Source of the DNA: an uncultured cyanobacterium
Lineage (GTDB): Bacteria; Cyanobacteriota; Cyanobacteriia; Cyanobacteriales; CAWCAG01
Length of the DNA: 64,000 nt
NCBI GenBank assembly: GCA_963803805.1
Contig: CAWDOD010000010.1
Span: forward strand, 224,001 to 288,000
Direction: 5' to 3'
Both the position numbers and the translations under genes were made by a program. Under the pieces are notes generated by a model that saw nothing but the letters and a program-made list of their open reading frames with translations, was not told the DNA's origin and did no database searches. Within the stretch, counting starts at the first letter, position 1. Every line of letters begins with the position of its first letter. Positions 41,515 through 49,877 of the stretch are shown piece by piece.

Positions 41515-41892
41515 CTAACTAGATGGTGCTGACCGAGAAGTTCCTGCTAAAGGAGCTTGACAAGCAAAACCGGGGCCAACAAAATCAGAAGAGATCCAAC
41601 CTGGGGCGCTAACAGCATTACCCGCTAAGGTTTCGTACATGGAGATACGCAACCACTTCCAGTTAGGATCATCAATCGGTACGTTATTTCTTTCTTCTAC
41701 CCGCACGATACTATCCTTGGGGATATTGCCAACATCCCGAAAGGCCGTACCTGGACCAGAACGGATATTGAGAGGGCCTCTGGCTACTTCTATTTTGGCA
41801 CAATAAACAGCCATAGCTTCAGTAGCACCAACTACAACTGTAGCTAGAGAGAGCATGGTTGCTATGGCGAGAGATTTTGATAAATTACTCAT
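41515..41892 (-). CDS. Secreted bacterial SH3 domain protein
   Basis: Signal peptide, LNIRSGPGT, GWISSDFV. Confidence 0.85.
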   Translation of the reverse strand: MSNLSKSLAIATMLSLATVVVGATEAMAVYCAKIEVARGPLNIRSGPGTAFRDVGNIPKDSIVRVEERNNVPIDDPNWKWLRISMYETLAGNAVSAPGWISSDFVGPGFACQAPLAGTSRSAPSS

Positions 41893-42223
41893 TATTCGGA
41901 AATAATTACTCGGAATATTGTTCTATTTATGTTTGGTCATTCTAAAGTTAGTATTCACCATAAGCAAGAAAGATTCCTGAATTTTTATGACGGTTTGAAA
42001 ATAAAAACGCCATTAAATAAATAAAAAAGCGAGGTGATACGGATATAGTCTACTGGATTATTCAGGGAATTCAGCAACAAAGATATCTCGATTACCTTGG
42101 CGATCGCTTGCCCCTGATTAGAGATATTTCAGAAATGTTTTAGGGGAAAGAAGCCAGAAAGCAGGAAGAGGCGCACTCTCTTAAAGTTACGCCCCCTAAA
42201 ATGTCTTGCTCCTATTTTAATTT

Positions 42224-42391
42224 TTAAGAGTTCCTGAGAAGATTCTTGAAAAGATTATCTTTAACCATCATCTGACGTAGAACTTCTAACAAATATTCTT
42301 GGGCTTGCTCCTGGGTTAAACCTTTGACTTGATCTCGGAAAACTTGCAGTTTGAATTGCTGCTCCAAAGTTAATTTTCCTGATGTTTCCAT
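42224..42391 (-). CDS. nblA: Phycobilisome degradation protein NblA, not in ORF track
   Basis: Hand translation METSGKLTLEQQFKLQVFRDQVKGLTQEQAQEYLLEVLRQMMVKDNLFKNLLRNS (55 aa); LTLEQQF and QMMVKDN motifs; AAGGAG RBS. Confidence 0.92.
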   Translation of the reverse strand: METSGKLTLEQQFKLQVFRDQVKGLTQEQAQEYLLEVLRQMMVKDNLFKNLLRNS

Positions 42392-42649
42392 AAGTTCACT
42401 CCTTAATCGGTGACTGAGCTTTAGCGATATTTAGGGCTAATTACCCCTTTAAGCATTGGTTCTTTGAGATTGAATATTATGTTTCTGTGCTTTTCAAAAG
42501 CTTAACACTACAACTATAAAATGTCTACCATGTCAAGCAATAACTAATTTTAGTAATAAATATTTACAAAAAGTTTAAGGTAAATAGCTTATCTCTGTCA
42601 AAATGAAAACAAAATAAGAAAATCATCTAAGATAATTTGGAGAGTCGCC

Positions 42650-43240
42650 ATGGATGCTAAAGAATTTTTTCAGCATAGTGCTGGTCAATGGAAATCTCAA
42701 CGCACTACCCATCATTTACCCTTTAGACGTGCGGAGACAGGAGGATCAGATATTTATGTGGAGTATTTAGACAAAGCTCATCCTAAAGTTGTGGAAATTT
42801 GTGAGATCCATGACACAGATCCTAACTTAACAGTAGGGGGAGCCTTTGTTAGTTGGAATGGTTCTATGGCTTGGGATAAAGAAGATGAAAATCACGAAGG
42901 AACCACTGTGTTTGCCCTTGTACCTGAAGCAGAAGATCCTCGTAAAGGAAAACTACTACGAGAAAGAGGTTACGCCGAAATTGTTCCTGTGGCAGGACAT
43001 TATGAGATGGACGATGAAGAGGGATTAGTTCTAGTAACGGAATATGAAACCATGAGCATTATTGAGCGTTTTTGGTTTGCTAGTCCTGATATTCGGATGC
43101 GAACTAGTACGGTAAAAAGATTTGGTGGTTTCAATACTGCTACTTTCTGTATAGAAGTTCGGGCAAAACCTGAAGAAAATGAATCACCTCAAAGCAATAA
43201 CCTTACCGAAGAGCCAATCTATAGTTTAAGCGGCTGGTAG
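42650..43240 (+). CDS. cpcS: CpcS/CpeS-type phycobiliprotein lyase
   Basis: EFFQHSAGQWKSQRTTHHL, RGYAE, ERFWFASP. Confidence 0.88.
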   Translation: MDAKEFFQHSAGQWKSQRTTHHLPFRRAETGGSDIYVEYLDKAHPKVVEICEIHDTDPNLTVGGAFVSWNGSMAWDKEDENHEGTTVFALVPEAEDPRKGKLLRERGYAEIVPVAGHYEMDDEEGLVLVTEYETMSIIERFWFASPDIRMRTSTVKRFGGFNTATFCIEVRAKPEENESPQSNNLTEEPIYSLSGW

Positions 43241-43414
43241 GAACAACGATGCTGTACCTGTTATCGGAAGATTTGAGTAAAGATAAGTAACGATAGGTAA
43301 AGTTAATTCAAGAATCAAGATTGTCATTCCCCAGTAAATCCGTAGAGAGTCCCTTCCTAGCTTATGATTGGGATTAAACTTTGCAAACTTTTATAAGATT
43401 TTGGAGGTTCATTG

Positions 43415-44167
43415 GTGGCTATTCCACTTTTAGAATACGCGCCCAAAAGTCAAAATCAGCGTGTAGCTGGATATCTTGTGCCAGGTGACGAACAGCCGAA
43501 GATTTATTCTACAGAAGATATACTTTCTTCTGTGGCGATGGATGAGCTAATTGAAGCAGCCTATCGTCAGATATTCTTCCATGCTTTCAAATCAGATCGT
43601 GAGTCTGTTCTAGAGTCACAACTTCGTAATGGTCAGATTACAGTACGGGATTTCATTCGCGGACTGTTGCTTTCTGAAACCTACAGAAATAGCTTCTATG
43701 AGAAAAACAGCAACTATCGCTTTGTAGAACACTGCATCCAAAAAGTTTTGGGGCGTGAACCCTACAATGAGCGGGAGAAAATTGCTTGGTCTATTGTAGT
43801 TGCTACTAAAGGAATCAAGGGATTGGTTGATCAGCTTCTAGATAGCGATGAGTATTTAGAAAACTTTGGTTATGATACTGTTCCTTTCCAACGCCGTCGG
43901 ATACTTCCTGGGCGAGAAGAGGGGGAACGACCTTTTAATATCAAATCTCCTCGCTACGATGCTTATCATCGCGCCCAGTTGAATTTCCCCCAAATCATCT
44001 GGCAAAACCAAGTGCGTAGCTTCACTCCCCAAGATAAGAAGGCTGTGGCTGGTTCTCCTACTCAATTTTTGGATATGGCACGCAATATCAACCCCAAGGG
44101 TGGTAATATACCCAGGGTTTCTGCGATGAATATCAGCCTTGATAAAGTACCTTATCGTGGTTCTTAA
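43415..44167 (+). CDS. cpcG: Phycobilisome rod-core linker polypeptide
   Basis: [35 protein letters not shown]; hydrophilic C-terminus; GGAGG RBS before GTG. Confidence 0.93.
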   Translation: MAIPLLEYAPKSQNQRVAGYLVPGDEQPKIYSTEDILSSVAMDELIEAAYRQIFFHAFKSDRESVLESQLRNGQITVRDFIRGLLLSETYRNSFYEKNSNYRFVEHCIQKVLGREPYNEREKIAWSIVVATKGIKGLVDQLLDSDEYLENFGYDTVPFQRRRILPGREEGERPFNIKSPRYDAYHRAQLNFPQIIWQNQVRSFTPQDKKAVAGSPTQFLDMARNINPKGGNIPRVSAMNISLDKVPYRGS

Positions 44168-44351
44168 AAATTGAATTGAGCAATCTCTATTAATCCTTTC
44201 TGGATTGAAACAAGCGAGGTAGTTGGCAATTGGTAGGATAGTTTGTGGCTAGTTTAAACACTAGTTAAACAAATTATCTTGTGGATTACCGGCTACCTCT
44301 TTTGGTAAGCTGAAAACTCTACAAAGTTAAGCTCAAATATTTATTTTAATT

Positions 44352-45179
44352 ATGACTAATGAATCTCCTATTCCTGTAGTTATTAACGGTGCAGCAGGTA
44401 AAATGGGACGCGAAGTAGTTCGGGCTGTTTCCCAAGCAGAAGATATGATTTTGTTGGGGGCAGTGGATAGAAACCCCAATGTTCAAGGGCAAGATGTGGG
44501 GGAAGTGGCTGGGTGTGGAGAGTTGGAAGTACCTATTGTTAATGATTTACAAAGTATTCTGGTTTTAGCCACCCAAGAGAAAGTTCAAGGGGTGATGGTA
44601 GATTTTACTCATCCTGATGGTGTTTATGAGAATGTTAGATCTGCGATCGCCTATGGAGTTCGTCCAGTGGTGGGGACAACGGGATTGAGTGAGAAGCAAA
44701 TTCAAGAGTTAGGAGAGTTTGCTGAAAAAGCAAGTACGGGGGCATTAATTGTACCTAATTTTTCTATTGGTATGGTGTTGTTACAACAAGCAGCCATCCA
44801 AGCTTCTCAACATTTTGATCATGTGGAAATTATTGAGTTACACCACAACCAAAAAGCAGATGCCCCCAGTGGTACAGCGATTAAGACAGCGCAAATGTTA
44901 TCTGGTTTAGGTAAAACTTATAATCCGGCGGAAGTGGCAGAAAGTGAGAAGTTACCAGGGGCGAGGGGTAGCATTGCTGATGATAATATCCGCATTCATA
45001 GCGTCCGCTTACCCGGTTTAATTGCCCACCAAGAGGTGATTTTTGGTGCGCCAGGGCAAATTTATACCCTACGTCACGATACTTCCAATCGTTCCTGTTA
45101 TATGCCTGGTGTTCTTTTATCAATTCGCAAGGTTACTCAACTTAAGTCTTTGGTTTATGGTTTGGAGAAAATACTTTAA
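44352..45179 (+). CDS. dapB: 4-hydroxy-tetrahydrodipicolinate reductase
   Basis: [30 protein letters not shown]. Confidence 0.96.
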   Translation: MTNESPIPVVINGAAGKMGREVVRAVSQAEDMILLGAVDRNPNVQGQDVGEVAGCGELEVPIVNDLQSILVLATQEKVQGVMVDFTHPDGVYENVRSAIAYGVRPVVGTTGLSEKQIQELGEFAEKASTGALIVPNFSIGMVLLQQAAIQASQHFDHVEIIELHHNQKADAPSGTAIKTAQMLSGLGKTYNPAEVAESEKLPGARGSIADDNIRIHSVRLPGLIAHQEVIFGAPGQIYTLRHDTSNRSCYMPGVLLSIRKVTQLKSLVYGLEKIL

Positions 45180-45211
45180 CTTGCTAGTTGCTAGTCGCTA
45201 ATGGCTAATGG

Positions 45212-45511
45212 TTAGAAGTAGAAGCTTCTGTGGATACTGGGGTTTAGTTTGGCTTTGACTTGCTGGTTTTTGCGGAGGTTTTCTTCGACAATTAGGGGAA
45301 CATCTTCTGGTTTGACTCGACAATACCAAGTTTCTTCTGGGAGGATTCTTACCGTCGGGCTAACGCTACATTGTCCCTGACAACCAGAAGCAATTATCTC
45401 AACTCCTTCTGGTAAGTCAGCAGCTTGAAAGGCAGCTAAAACTTCTGCTGAACCCTTTTCAACACAAGAACAGTGTTGGCAAACCATTACTGTTTTCTTA
45501 TTTTGAGTCAT
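45212..45511 (-). CDS. Thioredoxin-like (2Fe-2S) ferredoxin
   Basis: CQHCSC...GCQGQC..PTV..WY motif; ATG at 45511 preferred. Confidence 0.8.
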   Translation of the reverse strand: MTQNKKTVMVCQHCSCVEKGSAEVLAAFQAADLPEGVEIIASGCQGQCSVSPTVRILPEETWYCRVKPEDVPLIVEENLRKNQQVKAKLNPSIHRSFYF

Positions 45512-45621
45512 ATAAAATCTGCTTGAATAGCTACGGTGATCAAAAAGCCTATATAACATTCAGCCAAAAAATGTTTTAAACCCTTCTGCCTGCTCCCTAC
45601 TCCCTACCCTAGCAGTACAAT

Positions 45622-46077
45622 CTAAATACCTGACAGCTTAACTGAAGTAACCCAAGTAGAAGCACCATCCTGCCAATACTCTTTTTTCCAAATTGGCGCA
45701 TTATACTTCAATGTATCAATAGCATAGCTGCAAGCAGCAAAGGCTGCTGCTCTGTGGGGAGAGCCAATGGCGATTAAGACACTAATTTCCCCAATTTTTA
45801 GTTTGCCGATGCGATGGTGAATGACTACTTTTTTTACTTCTGGCCATTTTTGGCGAATTTGGTTAGCAATTTGCTCAAATACTTGTAGTGCCATCGGTTC
45901 GTAGGCTTGATAGTCAAGGTAAGCAACGGTGCGATCGCCTGTTTTGTTGCGTACCATACCACTCATAAGCACAACCGCCCCGTTTCCTGGCTCATCTGCT
46001 AGTTGATAAACTTGCTCAAGGGATAAAGGTTGAGGGGTGATGACCAAGTTATCAGAAGATGATGCTTCTAAATTCAT
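45622..46077 (-). CDS. moaE: Molybdopterin synthase catalytic subunit
   Basis: GMVRN, YQAYEPMA, HRIGKL, SPHR, APIWKKE. Confidence 0.93.
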   Translation of the reverse strand: MNLEASSSDNLVITPQPLSLEQVYQLADEPGNGAVVLMSGMVRNKTGDRTVAYLDYQAYEPMALQVFEQIANQIRQKWPEVKKVVIHHRIGKLKIGEISVLIAIGSPHRAAAFAACSYAIDTLKYNAPIWKKEYWQDGASTWVTSVKLSGI

Positions 46078-46426
46078 AGAAAGTATTTGCTAAGTAAGGA
46101 TTTTAAGATTTTGATATCATTTCTGCCATATATCATAAACAGCTTTTTTCGTCAAAAAAACTTTTTCAACCACCCTGAAAATTTGTTAAACCTAAAACTT
46201 CTATTAACTAAATTCTGCCGCCAAATACTAACTAAATTAACGGTTTATCAAGGTTATAGGGATTGAGTTTGAATTTTAGATATAAAAAGAGCAGTATGAT
46301 TTTCTTGATTTTACCATCAAACGACGCAAATACGTCTTTTTCAGAACAATTTCCCCCTTGACATTTATGAAGATGAAGTTGTGTAAATTCAGGATGTTTA
46401 ATAACAACATCCATCAAGCAAAATTA

Positions 46427-46454
46427 TTACTTATTACTTATTACTTATTACTTA
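46427..46454. repeat. Heptamer tandem repeat (TTACTTA) x4
   Basis: ttactta x4. Confidence 0.9.
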
Positions 46455-46534
46455 TCAGACGCTGCTCCCTATCTTTTTCGGATAAATCAGGTTAAATTAA
46501 CTTGTAGCTATGTAAGTAAGGCGAAGCTCATCTT

Positions 46535-47788
46535 ATGGATGCAAATAATTTTGCTGAACTGAAGTTTTTGTTAGAGTTGGCTTCTTATTCTAACCAAGAA
46601 GCATCTCTTAGTTCTTTTTTAACAAAATCCAAGAGCAAACGAAACAAACTTGACAGTAAACAAAGGGACGAAATTTGTCAGAAGTTAAGGGAAAGGGGGA
46701 TAGTCGATTTTAGCCGTGAGATTGATACTGTTGAAATTGCCCCTCCAGGAAATGCTTTACTAAATTTAGAAGCAAAGGAATTACCAATTTCAGTTGAGGA
46801 GTTTGAAGTATTAGAAAAGATTGCTAAAAAGGGTAAGGCTAAGTTAAGCGACCTGACAACTAAAAAGTTTAAGGCGGCGGCGAGAGATAAAATTCTCCAA
46901 GTTCTTTTGGAGAAAAATTTAGTTTCGGCAGAGATGGAATTAAATATTATCACTGTAGAAATTGCTCCTCCCGGAACTGCTTTATTGGAGTTGGAAACTG
47001 AGGAATTGCCACTTTCAGAAAAGGAATTTAAAGTATTAGAGCAAGTTGCTAAAAAAGGTAATACGAAGCCAAGCAAGATTACTTTTAAGATTGACAAAAA
47101 AAGTCTCGCAGCAGCAGAAAGAGATGAGATTTTGCAAGACTTTTTGGATAAAGGTTTAGTTACCGCGGAGATAGAAAAAAATATCGCCACTGTAGAAGTT
47201 GCTCCTCCGGGAAGTGATTTACTAAACTCTCAAGGGAATAAACCACCAATTTCAGAAAAAGAGTTTAAAGTATTAGAAAAAATTGCTAAAACAGGCAAAA
47301 TAAAGCCTAGTGAAATTAAAAGTCCTAAAGCCGCAGCAAGAGATAAAATTCTGCAAGATTTCTTGGATAAGGGTTTAGTTACGGCGGAAATGAAAGTTAA
47401 GCGCCAAGGGGCAAAAGTTTGGTTAACTGACCAAGGAAAAGATTGTTTAGAGAAAGTTAATCAACATTTCTTCTCTTTGCAAGAAGTTGCAGAAAAGAGA
47501 GTAGAAGTTGAAGAGAGTAAACCTACAGATGAAGAGATTTTCCAAGCGATTAAAGATTTAGATCATAAAATGAGTTTGGATAATTATTTACCAATTTTTT
47601 ACCTGCGAGACAAGTTTCAACCGCCCCTTTCTAGGGAAGAGTTAGATCAAGCACTTTATCGCCTATCAAAAGATGACCGGATTGAGTTGGGTGCGTTGCA
47701 GGAAACGAGAGTTTATAACTCTACAGAACTGAGTGCTGGTATTCCTCAAGATATTGGTGGACCTCTGTTTTTTATCTCTGTTAGCTAA
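46535..47788 (+). CDS. Protein with three tandem winged-helix-like repeats and a C-terminal wHTH-like domain (resembles proteins annotated RcaD-like)
   Basis: Three ~75-aa repeats starting TVE(I/V)APPG; tail LPIFYLRDKFQPPLSREELDQALYRL..GGPLFFI; the RcaD link is from memory and unverified. Confidence 0.65.
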   Translation: MDANNFAELKFLLELASYSNQEASLSSFLTKSKSKRNKLDSKQRDEICQKLRERGIVDFSREIDTVEIAPPGNALLNLEAKELPISVEEFEVLEKIAKKGKAKLSDLTTKKFKAAARDKILQVLLEKNLVSAEMELNIITVEIAPPGTALLELETEELPLSEKEFKVLEQVAKKGNTKPSKITFKIDKKSLAAAERDEILQDFLDKGLVTAEIEKNIATVEVAPPGSDLLNSQGNKPPISEKEFKVLEKIAKTGKIKPSEIKSPKAAARDKILQDFLDKGLVTAEMKVKRQGAKVWLTDQGKDCLEKVNQHFFSLQEVAEKRVEVEESKPTDEEIFQAIKDLDHKMSLDNYLPIFYLRDKFQPPLSREELDQALYRLSKDDRIELGALQETRVYNSTELSAGIPQDIGGPLFFISVS

Positions 47789-47817
47789 TTTTGCAGTAAA
47801 CCAAATTTTTTCTTCCT

Positions 47818-49869
47818 ATGACTCCTATAGATCAGCTTATTGCCCAGGAAGCTAATCCTTTTGATACCATAACTTTAACGCCCGGTAATTTTTGGAAAGA
47901 AGAACAGAAGCAAGAGTTAGTTGTTGATTCTATTCATCAAGAATTAGTTGTTGAAATAGAAAAATATCTTGATCTTGTAGCTAAGGATGGTCGTAGTCGT
48001 AGTTTACTTTTAATTGGAGATTCTGGTACAGGTAAAAGCTATTTATTAGGGCGAGTTAAGAAGTTATTTAACACTAAAGCTTTCTTTGCTTATATTGGCC
48101 CTTGGCCCGATGGTAATTATATTTGGCGACATACATTACGCTATTTAGTTGATAGTTTGATGTATGTGCCAGAAAACCAAGAGCAATCACAACTTTTACT
48201 TTGGCTCAATGGTTTGCTGCAAGGAAAAGAACAAAGTGTTGTTACTAAGTTGCTTGGGGAACGTAAACTTTTCGTCAACAACCTTAGAGCAGCTTATCCT
48301 ACTGGTATTTACAAGGCCAAAGAGTTTTTTACTGTTCTTTATAATCTTACTCAACCTGAACTATATACCCTTTGTTGTGACTGGTTAAAAGGAGATGATT
48401 TAGATGAAGAAGATAGAAAAAGAATTGGAGTTAAACGTAGTATTGATAATGAAGAAGCGGCACAAAATATTGTTGATAATTTTGGTGGAATTGCTAAGGA
48501 TACACAACCGATTGTCCTTTGCTTTGATAATTTAGATAATATCCCCCTCGCTAATAACGGTTTATTGGATTTACAACCTTTATTCAGAGTTAATTCAACT
48601 ATTCACAACCAGTATCTCAAGAACTTTCTGATCATTATTAGTTTTGTTAAAAGTACTTGGCAACTAAATAGTACATCTGTCCAATCAGCAGATAGAGTTA
48701 GAATTGCAGCTAAGTTAGCTCTCAAACCAATTAATTTAGACCAAGCAGAAGACCTTTGGCGAAACCGACTTTATCCTCTTCATCAAAAAGTCAGGTCTAA
48801 ACCTCAATCGCCTATTTTTCCTTTGAGCAAACAAGCTTTAGAACAAAAACATCCTGACAGTAAAACTAAGCCTCGTTCGGCGCTGAAGTTAGGAAAAGAA
48901 TTATATCAGGAGTATAAAAATCAACTCAAGGATAATCTGATTGTTGAGGCTAATCAAGTTACTAGTGAAAAACAACTTGGTGAGGAAAATAAAGTTAGTG
49001 AAGGCAATCAAGTTGGTAAGGATAATAACTCTAGTAATGAAAAAGAGCAATACTTAGGGGCATTTAAGCTTATTTGGCAAAAAGAGTTCAATAAAATCAA
49101 AAAACAAGTAACAAAAGTATCGCAATTCTCATCGCCAGAATTGATTAAAATGTTACAGGAAGCTTTAACTGCTTCGCGGGTTACTAATATTGAAACCAAG
49201 CTTTTAGCGGGGAAGTATAGTAGTTATTCTTTTAAATTTGCCAAAGAGAATGGTACAGAAATAGGAGTAGTTTGGAGTGAAGATGCTAACTTATCAAGCT
49301 TTTCCTTTTTAATGAAGGCTTGTAAGAAAGCTCTCAAAGATAAGCGATGCCAAAATCTCTTTTTAATTCGCGACAATAAATTGGGAAACCCTCAAAATCG
49401 AGGATACAAAGACTACAAACAGATTTTTATTGACTCCCCTCACCAACATCATAAACCTAATCAAGAGTCTGTTTGCTATCTGGCAACTTATCATAGTTTA
49501 GTTAACTCTGCTCGTTCAGGAGAATTAGTTGTGGGGGACGAAACTCCTGACTTAATAGAGTTAGAGAATTTAATTTCCCAAACCAAAGTTCTAGATAATT
49601 GTGATTTGTTGCAGAGACTTTTAGAAAAGGTTGTAGTGACAACACCGCCATCTGACAGAATCAAAGAGATTTTCTTGAACTTAATGATGAGCCAACAACT
49701 TATGGGTAAACCCACTTTGCTTGAAAATGCTAATGTTCAGTTTGCCGAAGCCAGTCCTGAGCAATTAGAAATAGCTATTAAAGAACTTTGTCAAGAACAG
49801 AAACTTAAAATTCTTGACCCCAATGCCAAGCCGGAAGCACAACTAATTTGTTGGGTTCCTCAAAAATAA
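47818..49869 (+). CDS. AAA+/P-loop ATPase with C-terminal accessory domains
   Basis: Walker A GDSGTGKS, Walker B IVLCFDNLD, DWLKGD motif. Confidence 0.8.
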   Translation: MTPIDQLIAQEANPFDTITLTPGNFWKEEQKQELVVDSIHQELVVEIEKYLDLVAKDGRSRSLLLIGDSGTGKSYLLGRVKKLFNTKAFFAYIGPWPDGNYIWRHTLRYLVDSLMYVPENQEQSQLLLWLNGLLQGKEQSVVTKLLGERKLFVNNLRAAYPTGIYKAKEFFTVLYNLTQPELYTLCCDWLKGDDLDEEDRKRIGVKRSIDNEEAAQNIVDNFGGIAKDTQPIVLCFDNLDNIPLANNGLLDLQPLFRVNSTIHNQYLKNFLIIISFVKSTWQLNSTSVQSADRVRIAAKLALKPINLDQAEDLWRNRLYPLHQKVRSKPQSPIFPLSKQALEQKHPDSKTKPRSALKLGKELYQEYKNQLKDNLIVEANQVTSEKQLGEENKVSEGNQVGKDNNSSNEKEQYLGAFKLIWQKEFNKIKKQVTKVSQFSSPELIKMLQEALTASRVTNIETKLLAGKYSSYSFKFAKENGTEIGVVWSEDANLSSFSFLMKACKKALKDKRCQNLFLIRDNKLGNPQNRGYKDYKQIFIDSPHQHHKPNQESVCYLATYHSLVNSARSGELVVGDETPDLIELENLISQTKVLDNCDLLQRLLEKVVVTTPPSDRIKEIFLNLMMSQQLMGKPTLLENANVQFAEASPEQLEIAIKELCQEQKLKILDPNAKPEAQLICWVPQK

Positions 49870-49877
49870 ATAAAACA

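Noticed and set aside
42553-42567. NtcA box between nblA and cpcS
   Set aside because: Spacing is GTA-N9-TAC rather than N8.
43415-44167. CpcL (membrane-anchored linker)
   Set aside because: C-terminus is hydrophilic with no TM helix, consistent with CpcG.
46678-47190. 170-aa antisense ORF, and similar shadow ORFs such as 52853-53416, 21088-21450 and 57603-57932
   Set aside because: Lie opposite well-supported genes and carry no motifs; explained by codon structure of the sense gene.
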